Of a stretch of 32,000 bases of DNA, positions 8,519 to 15,625 are shown one piece after another (positions within the stretch are counted from its first letter, which is position 1; the number at the start of each line of letters is the position of its first letter). Below the pieces are notes generated by a model. It was given only the letters and a program-made list of their open reading frames with translations, had not been told where the DNA came from and made no database searches. A program made the position numbers and the translations under genes. The DNA lies in contig NZ_CP013011.1 of NCBI RefSeq assembly GCF_001412615.1, positions 1,290,001 to 1,322,000 of the forward strand, read 5' to 3'. The stretch is from Pyrodictium delaneyi. Its GTDB lineage: Archaea; Thermoproteota; Thermoprotei_A; Sulfolobales; Pyrodictiaceae.

Positions 8519-9394
8519 TTACAGCGTGATCGCGTCGAGGCTCTGGTGTCCGGTGCGGCGCAGCGCCTCGCCTATACGCTTCCATGCCTCCTCGTTTGCG
8601 GCTACAACCACGCTGCCGACACGCACTACCTGTGTAAGGACTGCGTCATGCTTCTCGACTGCTACGTGCGCCCCGGCCTCGCGGGCGAGCCAGATGGCAG
8701 CAGCTACGTCTACTACGCGGAGCCGGCCACGGACGTCTATGAAGGCCTCAGCGCGGCCGAGCCCAGCCCAGACTATCTCGAGGCTAGCACTGCCGAGCGC
8801 TCTTACACTCCTCTTGTCGCCTGTTAGCCGGAGATACTCGTGCACAACCGCAGCTTGCTCCGGCTTCTCCACGTAGGCTAGGACTAGCCTCGTCTTCCGA
8901 CCGTTCTCGACTACAACCCTAGCGCCGCCCTCGTAAGCGCCCCTGCCCCGAGCGAAACTAAGGACAGGCCAGGGAAAGACGGGTGCTACAGCACCTGCTA
9001 CTACGTCTCTTAGACTAGGCTCTCGTCCCGCGGGCAAGGGTGCGACAGCGATGCTTACAGCGCTCCAGGGGACTAGGCCGGCGTAGTTCTTGCTTCCGTC
9101 AAGAGGGTCTGCGACCACTATGTAGGGATCATCCCCGAGCTTTATGAGGCCATGTTCCTCGCCCAGGAAGAGGCCGCGGAACCCCTCAGCCTCTAAAAGC
9201 TCTATAATGTTCTGCTCGCTCTCAACGTCTATCCTCATGCCCTCGTCTCCATCGTGACCGTGGACAGCCACGACGCTGAGGAGTTCCTCGAGGCCGAAGC
9301 GGTCGCGGAGATACGCAGCAGCCTCTCCTGCGACGCGGACAGCGAGCCTCCGAAGGTCTTCGAGCTCGCGGCGCTCCGCGAGGAGAGTCTCCAC
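8519..9394 (-). CDS. Inositol monophosphatase / fructose-1,6-bisphosphatase family protein (SuhB-like)
   Basis: 291 aa. Family signatures: metal-binding EE in LGEEHG, the VADPLDGSKNY motif, and a C-terminal WD-like region (VDVAAAIWLAREAGA). Confidence 0.8.
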   Translation of the reverse strand: METLLAERRELEDLRRLAVRVAGEAAAYLRDRFGLEELLSVVAVHGHDGDEGMRIDVESEQNIIELLEAEGFRGLFLGEEHGLIKLGDDPYIVVADPLDGSKNYAGLVPWSAVSIAVAPLPAGREPSLRDVVAGAVAPVFPWPVLSFARGRGAYEGGARVVVENGRKTRLVLAYVEKPEQAAVVHEYLRLTGDKRSVRALGSASLEIVWAGLGRAEAFIDVRGRLRVVDVAAAIWLAREAGAHVAVEKHDAVLTQVVRVGSVVVAANEEAWKRIGEALRRTGHQSLDAITL

Positions 9395-9500
9395 CAGGCT
9401 CCCTGGAGACCCGGGGCTCTCCCGACCCCTTTATCCAGGTTCCGGTTGTCAGCGAATCCGGGACTCGTGATACCCGCTTCACACAGCCCGACACAATTTA

Positions 9501-10442
9501 TTATGCTGGACCTGATTTGATGGTGCCCCGTAGCAGCCGGTGCTGCAACAGCCTTCGGTGCAAAACAGCTACACCAGTATTGTTCCGGAAGGCTAGTAGC
9601 CCAGCCCAGTAGTCTGCGAGCTGGAGCTGCCGGCCCAGCAGCCACACGGGGTCCTGGATCCGCTGGGCCGACAACAGCCAGCTAGTGCTACGCGGCATTA
9701 CGGCGTATGCCTCGAAACTCCCTTCGAGCCCTAGCCCAGCGAGCATGCCTGCTAGCCTCTCTGCAGCCCTTTCCCAGCGTTCCCTAAGTCTAGAAAGTAG
9801 CCCGGTAGCCAGCCGGAGTCTCGTCTCTAGCCTGGCCCCAGCACCCTCTGTCGCCAGTTTCATCCGGCCTAGCTTCTTCTCCCTTTCACGCGCGTCGAGT
9901 AGTCTGCCCGTGTAGACACGGGCTGCTGCTACGTGAGGCTGTTCTGCTATCCTCCAGAGAAACCTCCAGGACTGAGTAAGCCCCACCTTGACCCGAGAGC
10001 CGCCATAGTCTAACACGTATACGGAGAACTCCTCGTCAGGTTTGAGCCGGTACGCCTCGAGGCATGCGGGATCGAAGCCCTGGGCGCAGCGCTCGTAGAG
10101 AGCCTTCCAGCTACCCCGGTGGACCCGGCAGTACCCGTCACGGGTCACAGCAGGGTTAGTACAGTACCGGTGCCGCCACGGCTCGCCCCGAGGACCTTCA
10201 TGGAACCTGCATAGTAGCTCTCCTAGCTCCTCGATTAAGAGGATCGGCTCCCAGACCACGCTGACGCTCTGCCCCGGTAGCTCTTGTACCAGGAGCCCGA
10301 CCTGCCTAACCCGGAGGACATTGAGTTCGACCTCTACACGTGAACTATTGCCGAGCCATGAATCTAGCCCAGAGCCACGCGCCTCTCCGTGGAATGTACC
10401 GACGACTTCATAGTCGAAGACGATTGCTCTCACGGCGGGCAC
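9501..10442 (-). CDS. Conserved-looking hypothetical protein with a Cys/His-rich centre and a GIY-YIG/T5orf172-like segment
   Basis: 313 aa. The central segment is CRFHEGPRGEPWRHRYCTNPAVTRDGYCRVHRGSWKALYERCAQGFDPAC, followed by FSVYVLDYGGSRVKVGLTQSWRFLWRIAEQ. No confident family assignment. Divergent from cdvA. Confidence 0.45.
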   Translation of the reverse strand: MPAVRAIVFDYEVVGTFHGEARGSGLDSWLGNSSRVEVELNVLRVRQVGLLVQELPGQSVSVVWEPILLIEELGELLCRFHEGPRGEPWRHRYCTNPAVTRDGYCRVHRGSWKALYERCAQGFDPACLEAYRLKPDEEFSVYVLDYGGSRVKVGLTQSWRFLWRIAEQPHVAAARVYTGRLLDAREREKKLGRMKLATEGAGARLETRLRLATGLLSRLRERWERAAERLAGMLAGLGLEGSFEAYAVMPRSTSWLLSAQRIQDPVWLLGRQLQLADYWAGLLAFRNNTGVAVLHRRLLQHRLLRGTIKSGPA

Positions 10443-10492
10443 AGCTGTTACCCTCGTGACGCTCCTTCTCCCCGGCGGCTCAAGCCCCCCGG

Positions 10493-10499
10493 CTTAAAT
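10493..10499 (+). promoter_or_regulatory. TATA-box candidate (TTAAATA) for cdvA
   Basis: It is the only AT-rich element in the GC-rich 106-nt divergent intergenic region, about 50 nt upstream of ATG 10549. An 8-bp palindrome TTCTAGAA (10516..10523) lies between it and the start. Confidence 0.4.
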
Positions 10500-10548
10500 A
10501 CCCGCTCTTGCCGCCTTCTAGAATCACTCCCAGCGGTGGCTCTAGGAT

Positions 10549-11289
10549 ATGCCCCGGGCACCCCTCACAGTAGACAAGGTACAAGAATTCATAGGCGAAA
10601 CCGTCTATGATCCTTATGGCCGTGTTGCTGGCAGGCTTGTGAGCTTCGAGAGCGACGTGGATGGTACAGTGCAGAACGTCGTCGTAGAGACCGAGTCCCG
10701 GGATGTACGCTTCATACCCGCAGAGGCCATAGAGATTAAGGAGGGGCGCATAATAGTCTGGCCCGAGTGGAAGGTTGTAGCCCACAAGGTCATAGCTAGC
10801 TACCAGCGGGCCCTCAAGAGGCTCAAGGGCCTAGAAGACATGTACAGCAGGAACGAGATACCTAGTGTAGTCTATCACGAGATGAGGAAGAGGCTCAACG
10901 CCAGTCTATCCAGGCTCAAGGACGAAGCCAAGAAGCTCCGGGAGATGATAAACCGGAGGATGCACGACATAGAAGATAATAATCTTAAGCTAGACCGTGC
11001 AATAGCCAACCTCAAGGTCTCCTACATGGCTGGCGAGATCGGCGAGAAAGCCTACAAGACTGCAATAGAGCACCTCCGCGGCGCTAAGGACAGTAACACG
11101 CGGGAGCTAGAAGACCTCAAGGCCACAAAGAGCAAGGTCGAGGCCCTCGAGAGCGGCGCACTAGACCTCGTGAAGTCAAAGCCAGCCGAGTCGAAGACTG
11201 AGGCAAAGAAACAACCAGAGCCATCAAAAGCCCCGGCTTCGCCGATACAAGGGCTACAGCCGATACCAGTCAAGGTGATAGAGGGCTAA
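10549..11289 (+). CDS. cdvA: Cell division protein CdvA
   Basis: An N-terminal PRC-barrel-like segment (FIGETVYDPYGRVAGRLVSFESD..) is followed by a long coiled coil and a basic/Pro-rich tail ending PIQGLQPIPVKVIEG, which resembles an ESCRT-III-binding peptide. The gene lies upstream of cdvB. Confidence 0.9.
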   Translation: MPRAPLTVDKVQEFIGETVYDPYGRVAGRLVSFESDVDGTVQNVVVETESRDVRFIPAEAIEIKEGRIIVWPEWKVVAHKVIASYQRALKRLKGLEDMYSRNEIPSVVYHEMRKRLNASLSRLKDEAKKLREMINRRMHDIEDNNLKLDRAIANLKVSYMAGEIGEKAYKTAIEHLRGAKDSNTRELEDLKATKSKVEALESGALDLVKSKPAESKTEAKKQPEPSKAPASPIQGLQPIPVKVIEG

Positions 11290-11339
11290 ACCCTCTCCAG
11301 GGAGGGACCCCGGGACGAAGCCTCGACCCCTAGCCCCAG

Positions 11340-11344
11340 TTTTT
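11340..11344 (+). terminator. T5 tract about 50 nt after the cdvA stop, preceded by a short GC hairpin
   Basis: The sequence ccctc-tcca(g)-gaggg is followed, about 40 nt later, by ccccagtttttagcc. This is consistent with cdvA being a separate transcription unit from cdvB. Confidence 0.35.
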
Positions 11345-11547
11345 AGCCAGCCCTCCGATGCGAGCTCAATCTCTCCCTCCTCCTGCCGCGCAGCCTCCGC
11401 CACCCCCTCTACACCTACACCCCTGCTATGTAACACTATGGTCCTCTCTTTTGCACCAAAATTGCGTCCTGCTTGTTGTTGCATCCTCCCAGTGTTACCT
11501 GGGTATAGCTTCTACATAGCATCAGAGCGTTCATCGTCGTGCAGCCC

Positions 11548-11565
11548 CCGGCGCTATAGCGCCGG
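11548..11565. repeat. Perfect 18-bp palindrome CCGGCGCTATAGCGCCGG in the cdvA-cdvB spacer
   Basis: Verified base by base; the flanks (c47/c66) do not extend it. It could form a 7-bp GC stem with a TATA loop, or act as a dimeric protein-binding site or a TATA-centred promoter element. Confidence 0.9.
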
Positions 11566-11649
11566 CGGAGACTGCGGCTGTGACGGGTACTTACTGTGTG
11601 TTAGCGGGGTGGAGGGGCTAGCTATCCACCATCATGGCGAATACTGTGA

Positions 11650-12555
11650 GTGGGAGCGATACCACCACTAGTGCAGAGAGGTGACCCCGCGGTGGCAGCG
11701 ATAGTTGCACGCTTACTTCAGGCCCTGGGGCTCGGGGGCAACCAGGAGCCGAGCCTACACGAGAAGATAGACCAGGTAATAGTCAAGCTCGAGCTAATAG
11801 AGGACAATGTGGCTGAGCTCCGCTACAAGTTCGAGAAGAGGAGCCGTGAGCTCTTCGAGAAGGTCATCACCCTACTCCGCCGCGGCGAGAAGAGCCGCGC
11901 AGCCATATACGCGGGAGAAGTAAGCCAGGTAAGGAACATACTCAAGATGGTAATGGCGGTGGAGAACCTGGTGATAATGACAAAGGAGAGGTTGAAGACC
12001 GTGAGGGATACACGCGAGCTAGGCCAGACACTAATGGTGTTCGGTGCAGCCCTAGAGGAGGTGAAGGACCAGGTACGCGCGATATACCCCAACCTCAATC
12101 TAGCATTCGAGGAGCTATCCAGGAGCGTCAAGAACATGATAGTGGAGACCAGTGTCGACGCTATAGGCGACATAGACCCGGCTGTGATAAGCAGTAGTGC
12201 AGTACAAGTACTACAAGAGGCTATGAAGAAGGCCGAGGAGAGGATAAAGAGCGAGTTCCCAGAGCCACCAGTAGAGCCCGTGATACAACTACAGCCGAGC
12301 CGCCAGCAGGCAGCGGCAGCAGTAGCCCTGGCCGCGGCAGCGGGACCAGCCCCGGCAGCTGCTATCCCTGCCAGCTACCGGGGGCGCCGCAAGCCTAGCG
12401 GCGAGGAGCTAGAAAAACTAGTACTAGACTACATAAAGCAGCACAACGGCTTCCTAGACATACGCGACTTCACAGCCACATACAATGTGTCCAAGAGCGA
12501 GGTGCTAAGGGCGCTACACAGCCTCGCCGAGAAAGGCCTCATAGCCCTAGCCTAA
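11650..12555 (+). CDS. cdvB: Cell division protein CdvB (ESCRT-III/Snf7-like with C-terminal winged helix)
   Basis: It has a helical ESCRT-III-like core, a Pro-rich EFPEPPVEPVIQLQP (MIM2-like), an Ala/Pro linker, and a C-terminal wH (LEKLVLDYIKQHNGFLDIRDFTATYNVSKSEVLRALHSLAEKGLIALA). The start is ambiguous between GTG 11650, 11671 and 11692. The last is preceded by GAGGTGA with a 7-nt spacer. Confidence 0.88.
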   Translation: MGAIPPLVQRGDPAVAAIVARLLQALGLGGNQEPSLHEKIDQVIVKLELIEDNVAELRYKFEKRSRELFEKVITLLRRGEKSRAAIYAGEVSQVRNILKMVMAVENLVIMTKERLKTVRDTRELGQTLMVFGAALEEVKDQVRAIYPNLNLAFEELSRSVKNMIVETSVDAIGDIDPAVISSSAVQVLQEAMKKAEERIKSEFPEPPVEPVIQLQPSRQQAAAAVALAAAAGPAPAAAIPASYRGRRKPSGEELEKLVLDYIKQHNGFLDIRDFTATYNVSKSEVLRALHSLAEKGLIALA

Positions 12556-12648
12556 GCCCCGCGTAGCTATTTACAATCCCCCGGACCCCCGGGGCCACAT
12601 GGGCTCGACGATTTTACACGGGAGGCTCCTCTCGTAGCTGTGCTCCTC

Positions 12649-13497
12649 CTAGAGCTTCTCGAGCTCCTCGAGGGCTTCTACGGGTAGCCTCCAGCCCAGG
12701 GCTCCGAGTATCTCTCTTAGATGATCCCTCTGCTCGGTCTTCGGTATAGCTACTACTCGGGGCCTCGATATCAGGTAGTTGAGCGCCACTTGTACCGGTG
12801 TACGGCCGAGCCTTTCTGCAACTCTTCTAACGACCGGGTGCCGGGCTACAAGCCCGCGCTCAAGCGGCGTATAGGCCTGGATAGTGACCCCGTTGCGGAG
12901 CGCTAGCGGGAGGAGCTTCTCCTCCACCTGCCTCCGGTGGAGCACGCTATAATGCACCTGGTTGACCACTATCTCGGCGGAGGCCGTAGCCTCCAGGGCC
13001 TCCTCTAGCTGCCTGTGGTCGAAGTTGCTTACACCAATATACCTGGCATACCCCCTGCTGATGGCTACGCGCTCTAGCTTTTTCACCTGCTCCGCCACCG
13101 GCATATCGTCGAGCGGCCAGTGGATGAGAACCAGGTCTACAGTACTCACGCCCAGCCGTCGGAGACTAGCCCTTAGAGCCCGCTCTAGCTCCTCGGGTCT
13201 CCATAGCCTCCAGGGTAGCACCTTCGTCGTCACGAACACTCGGTCCCGGCCCACGATTCGTAGAAGTTTCCCCACAAGCTCCTCGGCAGCACCATCACCG
13301 TACATCTCAGCCGTGTCCACGTTGTCCACGAGGCCAGTCTCGACAGCCTCTACTAGGACCTCGAGAGCCCGCCGCGGGTTACGTATAGCCCAGGTACCAA
13401 GCCCAATAGCCGAGACAGTATCCCCACCGATGGGCTTACGGTCGCTCGGGTCCACGGGGAAGAGTGGCATATAGGCACCAGCCGGGAGAAGAACCAT
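12649..13497 (-). CDS. Aldo/keto reductase family oxidoreductase
   Basis: 282 aa. Family-typical segments: GLGTW, DTAEMYG, VFVTTKV, DLVLIHWP, IGVSNF and AIPKT. ATG start. Confidence 0.85.
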   Translation of the reverse strand: MVLLPAGAYMPLFPVDPSDRKPIGGDTVSAIGLGTWAIRNPRRALEVLVEAVETGLVDNVDTAEMYGDGAAEELVGKLLRIVGRDRVFVTTKVLPWRLWRPEELERALRASLRRLGVSTVDLVLIHWPLDDMPVAEQVKKLERVAISRGYARYIGVSNFDHRQLEEALEATASAEIVVNQVHYSVLHRRQVEEKLLPLALRNGVTIQAYTPLERGLVARHPVVRRVAERLGRTPVQVALNYLISRPRVVAIPKTEQRDHLREILGALGWRLPVEALEELEKL

Positions 13498-13703
13498 GTG
13501 CCTCAGATTTGCCTACCGCTAGGCGGCTCGGCAGCAGAAGGAACCAGCATCAACTAGAGGGAATATAAGAAATATTTGTCCAAACGTGGGAGAAGTGTGA
13601 ATCTGTCCTAGCGGTTTTGGGGTACAAGCTGACGGGGGAGAGTCTTCTGGTCTGGCAGGGGTGAAGTACATCTAGCTCTGGTGGAACTCCCCTAGTCGTG
13701 GAG

Positions 13704-14306
13704 CTATCGTACTGCTATGCCCCAGTCTACTAGCGCTGCGTGTATCATCGAGGCACCAACGCCCGCTACGAAGAGCGAAGTTATCCTCGTTAGCACCCTC
13801 ATAGTGCTCCGGCCGAGGAACTTGAGTACCGCCTCTGCTGCTACGAGGAACGCCCAGACAGTAGCTGCGGCAGCCACTATGGCTGCTAGTAGTGCTATCC
13901 TGTTCCCCTCAGTCGTGAAGACTATCACGTAGGTTATGGTGGCTGGGCCTACGAGTAGCGGCATGGTGAGCGGTACTAGGGCCGCGTCGCGTGGGTCTGG
14001 TGTCTGGGTCTTAGCGTGGCCCTCTAGCCGGTGTAACGCTATCCCTAGCAGCACTATGCCGCCGGCGAACCGGAATTCATCAATGCTTATCATGTAGAGT
14101 CTTAGCAGCAGGTCGCCGGTGAAGGCTACGAAGAAAAGTAGTCCTATCACGACCATGGTTACGAAGTTTGCTAGCCTCCGTCTTTCCCATGGGTGTAGCT
14201 TCTCCACTGTATCCAGGAATATCGGGGCGGCGCCGAACGGGTTCATTATGAAAACCAGCGTAGCGTAATAGGAGATGAACTGTCCCAGCAGTCCCACCTC
14301 CGGCAT
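13704..14306 (-). CDS. MarC-family (UPF0056) integral membrane protein
   Basis: 200 aa with six hydrophobic helices. The N-terminal FIMNPFGAAPIF is the family hallmark. Confidence 0.75.
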   Translation of the reverse strand: MPEVGLLGQFISYYATLVFIMNPFGAAPIFLDTVEKLHPWERRRLANFVTMVVIGLLFFVAFTGDLLLRLYMISIDEFRFAGGIVLLGIALHRLEGHAKTQTPDPRDAALVPLTMPLLVGPATITYVIVFTTEGNRIALLAAIVAAAATVWAFLVAAEAVLKFLGRSTMRVLTRITSLFVAGVGASMIHAALVDWGIAVR

Positions 14307-14478
14307 AGTAGCGGCCCTCCGAGTCCATGTGTTCCAACGAGCTTCTCCCAGGTTTTCGTCCTCCGGCCCCAGTGTAATGCCTTGATGGAGCCATCTATAT
14401 GTAGCTCTACCAGGCTATACTGGGCCTGGAGGCGTAGACCTCCGAGCACATCCTCTCCGCGGGAGGAGCCTGGAGCCT

Positions 14479-14868
14479 ATGGCGCGGCTTGGCGACGTAG
14501 AGGAGAGGGTGCTGAGCTATCTGCGCGACCACCCGGGCAGTAGCCCCCGGGAGATAGCCGACGCACTAGGGGAGTCCCTGCAGCGTGTCAGAATAGCGCT
14601 GCAGAGGCTGCGCGACGCGGGGCTCGCTGCCAGGGGCGAGGAGGGCCGCTACTATGCTGTGGCCCCGGCTGTTCAGGGGCTGCCGCGGCGCGAGCTACGC
14701 CGTCCAGGGAGCTACGGGCTCCGGGGCGATCTGGATGCAGTGGTCGAGAGGCTCACTCTGCTAGAGGAGCGTGTCGAGAAGCTAGAGAGGCTAGTCGAGG
14801 AGCTGCTAGCCCGCTGCCCTCCGGGGGCCCGGAGTGATGCCGAGGGCCGGAGGAAGCCAGCCCACTAG
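14479..14868 (+). CDS. Winged-helix DNA-binding protein with C-terminal coiled coil
   Basis: The N-terminus VLSYLRDHPGSSPREIADALGESLQRVRIALQRLRDAGLAARGEEGRYYAV is a wHTH. The C-terminus VERLTLLEERVEKLERLVEELL has a heptad pattern. Its last 63 nt overlap the convergent CDP-alcohol phosphatidyltransferase gene. Confidence 0.6.
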   Translation: MARLGDVEERVLSYLRDHPGSSPREIADALGESLQRVRIALQRLRDAGLAARGEEGRYYAVAPAVQGLPRRELRRPGSYGLRGDLDAVVERLTLLEERVEKLERLVEELLARCPPGARSDAEGRRKPAH

Positions 14869-15540
14869 AGCGTAGACGAGCATAGCAGCTCTCACCAGGG
14901 AGGCGAGCTCGGCGATGAGCCCGTTGTCGTAGGGCGCGGCTGCTAGGAGGAGCATCACTGCCAGGCGTGGCCAGGGCGCCGGGCTAGGTCCTCCCCGGCC
15001 TCGTAGCCTCCTTGTATACGGGACCGGGGCAGTCGAGGCAGCTAGCAGAGCGAGCAGAATGACTGGGTGCACGGGCTCTTCGGAGAGCACGCTGGAGAGC
15101 AGCACCACGGCGTGGACGAACATGGGGAGCCCGGAGAAGTAGTCTAGGCTGGGCACCGGCCTGTACACGAGCCTCCAGAACCCAGCAGCCACCAGTCCAC
15201 CGGCATAGAGCGCGAATAGGGCATCCATGGCCCCTGCGGCGTCCTGAGTGCTGAGCCAGGAGGCGTAGACGACGAGTGGCGCCACTACCTGGGATACACG
15301 GTCGAGCGCCCGGTCCAGCATCTGGCCCTGGGGCGTGCTGCCGCTAGTGTGGCGGGCCACCCAGCCGTCGAGAACATCGAGAGCATAGGAGACGAAAAGG
15401 AGCCTCAGCGCAGCCTCAAGCGCGCCAGCAGAGGCTAATGCTACCGCGGCGCCGGCGGCGAAGCCGCCAGCCAGAGTTACTGTGTCTGCAAGCCTAGGCA
15501 AGGCACTAGCCTCCCCGCCTTGGTTCGGGTCTGGATGCAT
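14806..15540 (-). CDS. CDP-alcohol phosphatidyltransferase (archaetidylserine/archaetidylinositol-phosphate synthase-type)
   Basis: The full signature D-x2-D-G-x2-A-R-x8-G-x3-D-x3-D is present in DVLDGWVARHTSGSTPQGQMLDRALD, and the body is multi-TM. I prefer ATG 15540 (MHPDPNQ..) to the track start at 15645. The longer form would overlap the cdvC start, and a TTATAA box sits about 30 nt upstream of 15540. Confidence 0.8.
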   Translation of the reverse strand: MHPDPNQGGEASALPRLADTVTLAGGFAAGAAVALASAGALEAALRLLFVSYALDVLDGWVARHTSGSTPQGQMLDRALDRVSQVVAPLVVYASWLSTQDAAGAMDALFALYAGGLVAAGFWRLVYRPVPSLDYFSGLPMFVHAVVLLSSVLSEEPVHPVILLALLAASTAPVPYTRRLRGRGGPSPAPWPRLAVMLLLAAAPYDNGLIAELASLVRAAMLVYALVGWLPPALGITPGPRRAAG

Positions 15541-15568
15541 GTGCTGTTTATGTGATGTGTCTGCTGCC

Positions 15569-15574
15569 TTATAA
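15569..15574. promoter_or_regulatory. Palindromic TATA element (TTATAA) in the 85-nt divergent region between the CDP-alcohol transferase gene and cdvC
   Basis: Its centre is about 31 nt from ATG 15540, so the minus-strand mRNA would be near-leaderless. It is about 54 nt from GTG 15626 on the plus strand, which is preceded by GGGGGT. Confidence 0.35.
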
Positions 15575-15625
15575 TCGCAGCCATAGCGTCCAGGATACAA
15601 TACCATCTTCGGGGGTCTACCTGCA

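Noticed and set aside
8033-8876. Long antisense ORFs opposite thiL and the IMPase gene (8033..8506, 8526..8876, 8546..8827)
   Set aside because: They are Ser/Ala/Arg-rich shadow ORFs with no motifs. The opposite-strand genes are well supported.
9222-9645. ORFs 9222..9494, 9235..9645 (-) and 9254..9520 (+) spanning the IMPase 5' end and the next gene's 3' end
   Set aside because: They overlap two well-formed genes in other frames and their translations are Arg/Pro-rich junk.
11438-11671. 77-aa Cys/His-rich ORF in the cdvA-cdvB spacer
   Set aside because: Its codon usage is atypical (tgt, tta, ttg, tca), it has no SD or convincing promoter, and it overlaps the cdvB start. I treat it as non-coding, but it is mentioned under the spacer finding because a small metal-binding peptide cannot be excluded without expression data.
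12575-12590. GC hairpin CCCCGG-ACCC-CCGGGG after cdvB as a defined terminator
   Set aside because: The structure is real (6-bp stem), but archaeal termination mainly relies on oligo-T tracts. Only weak T-runs (ctatttac, gattttac) are nearby, so I did not list it as a feature.
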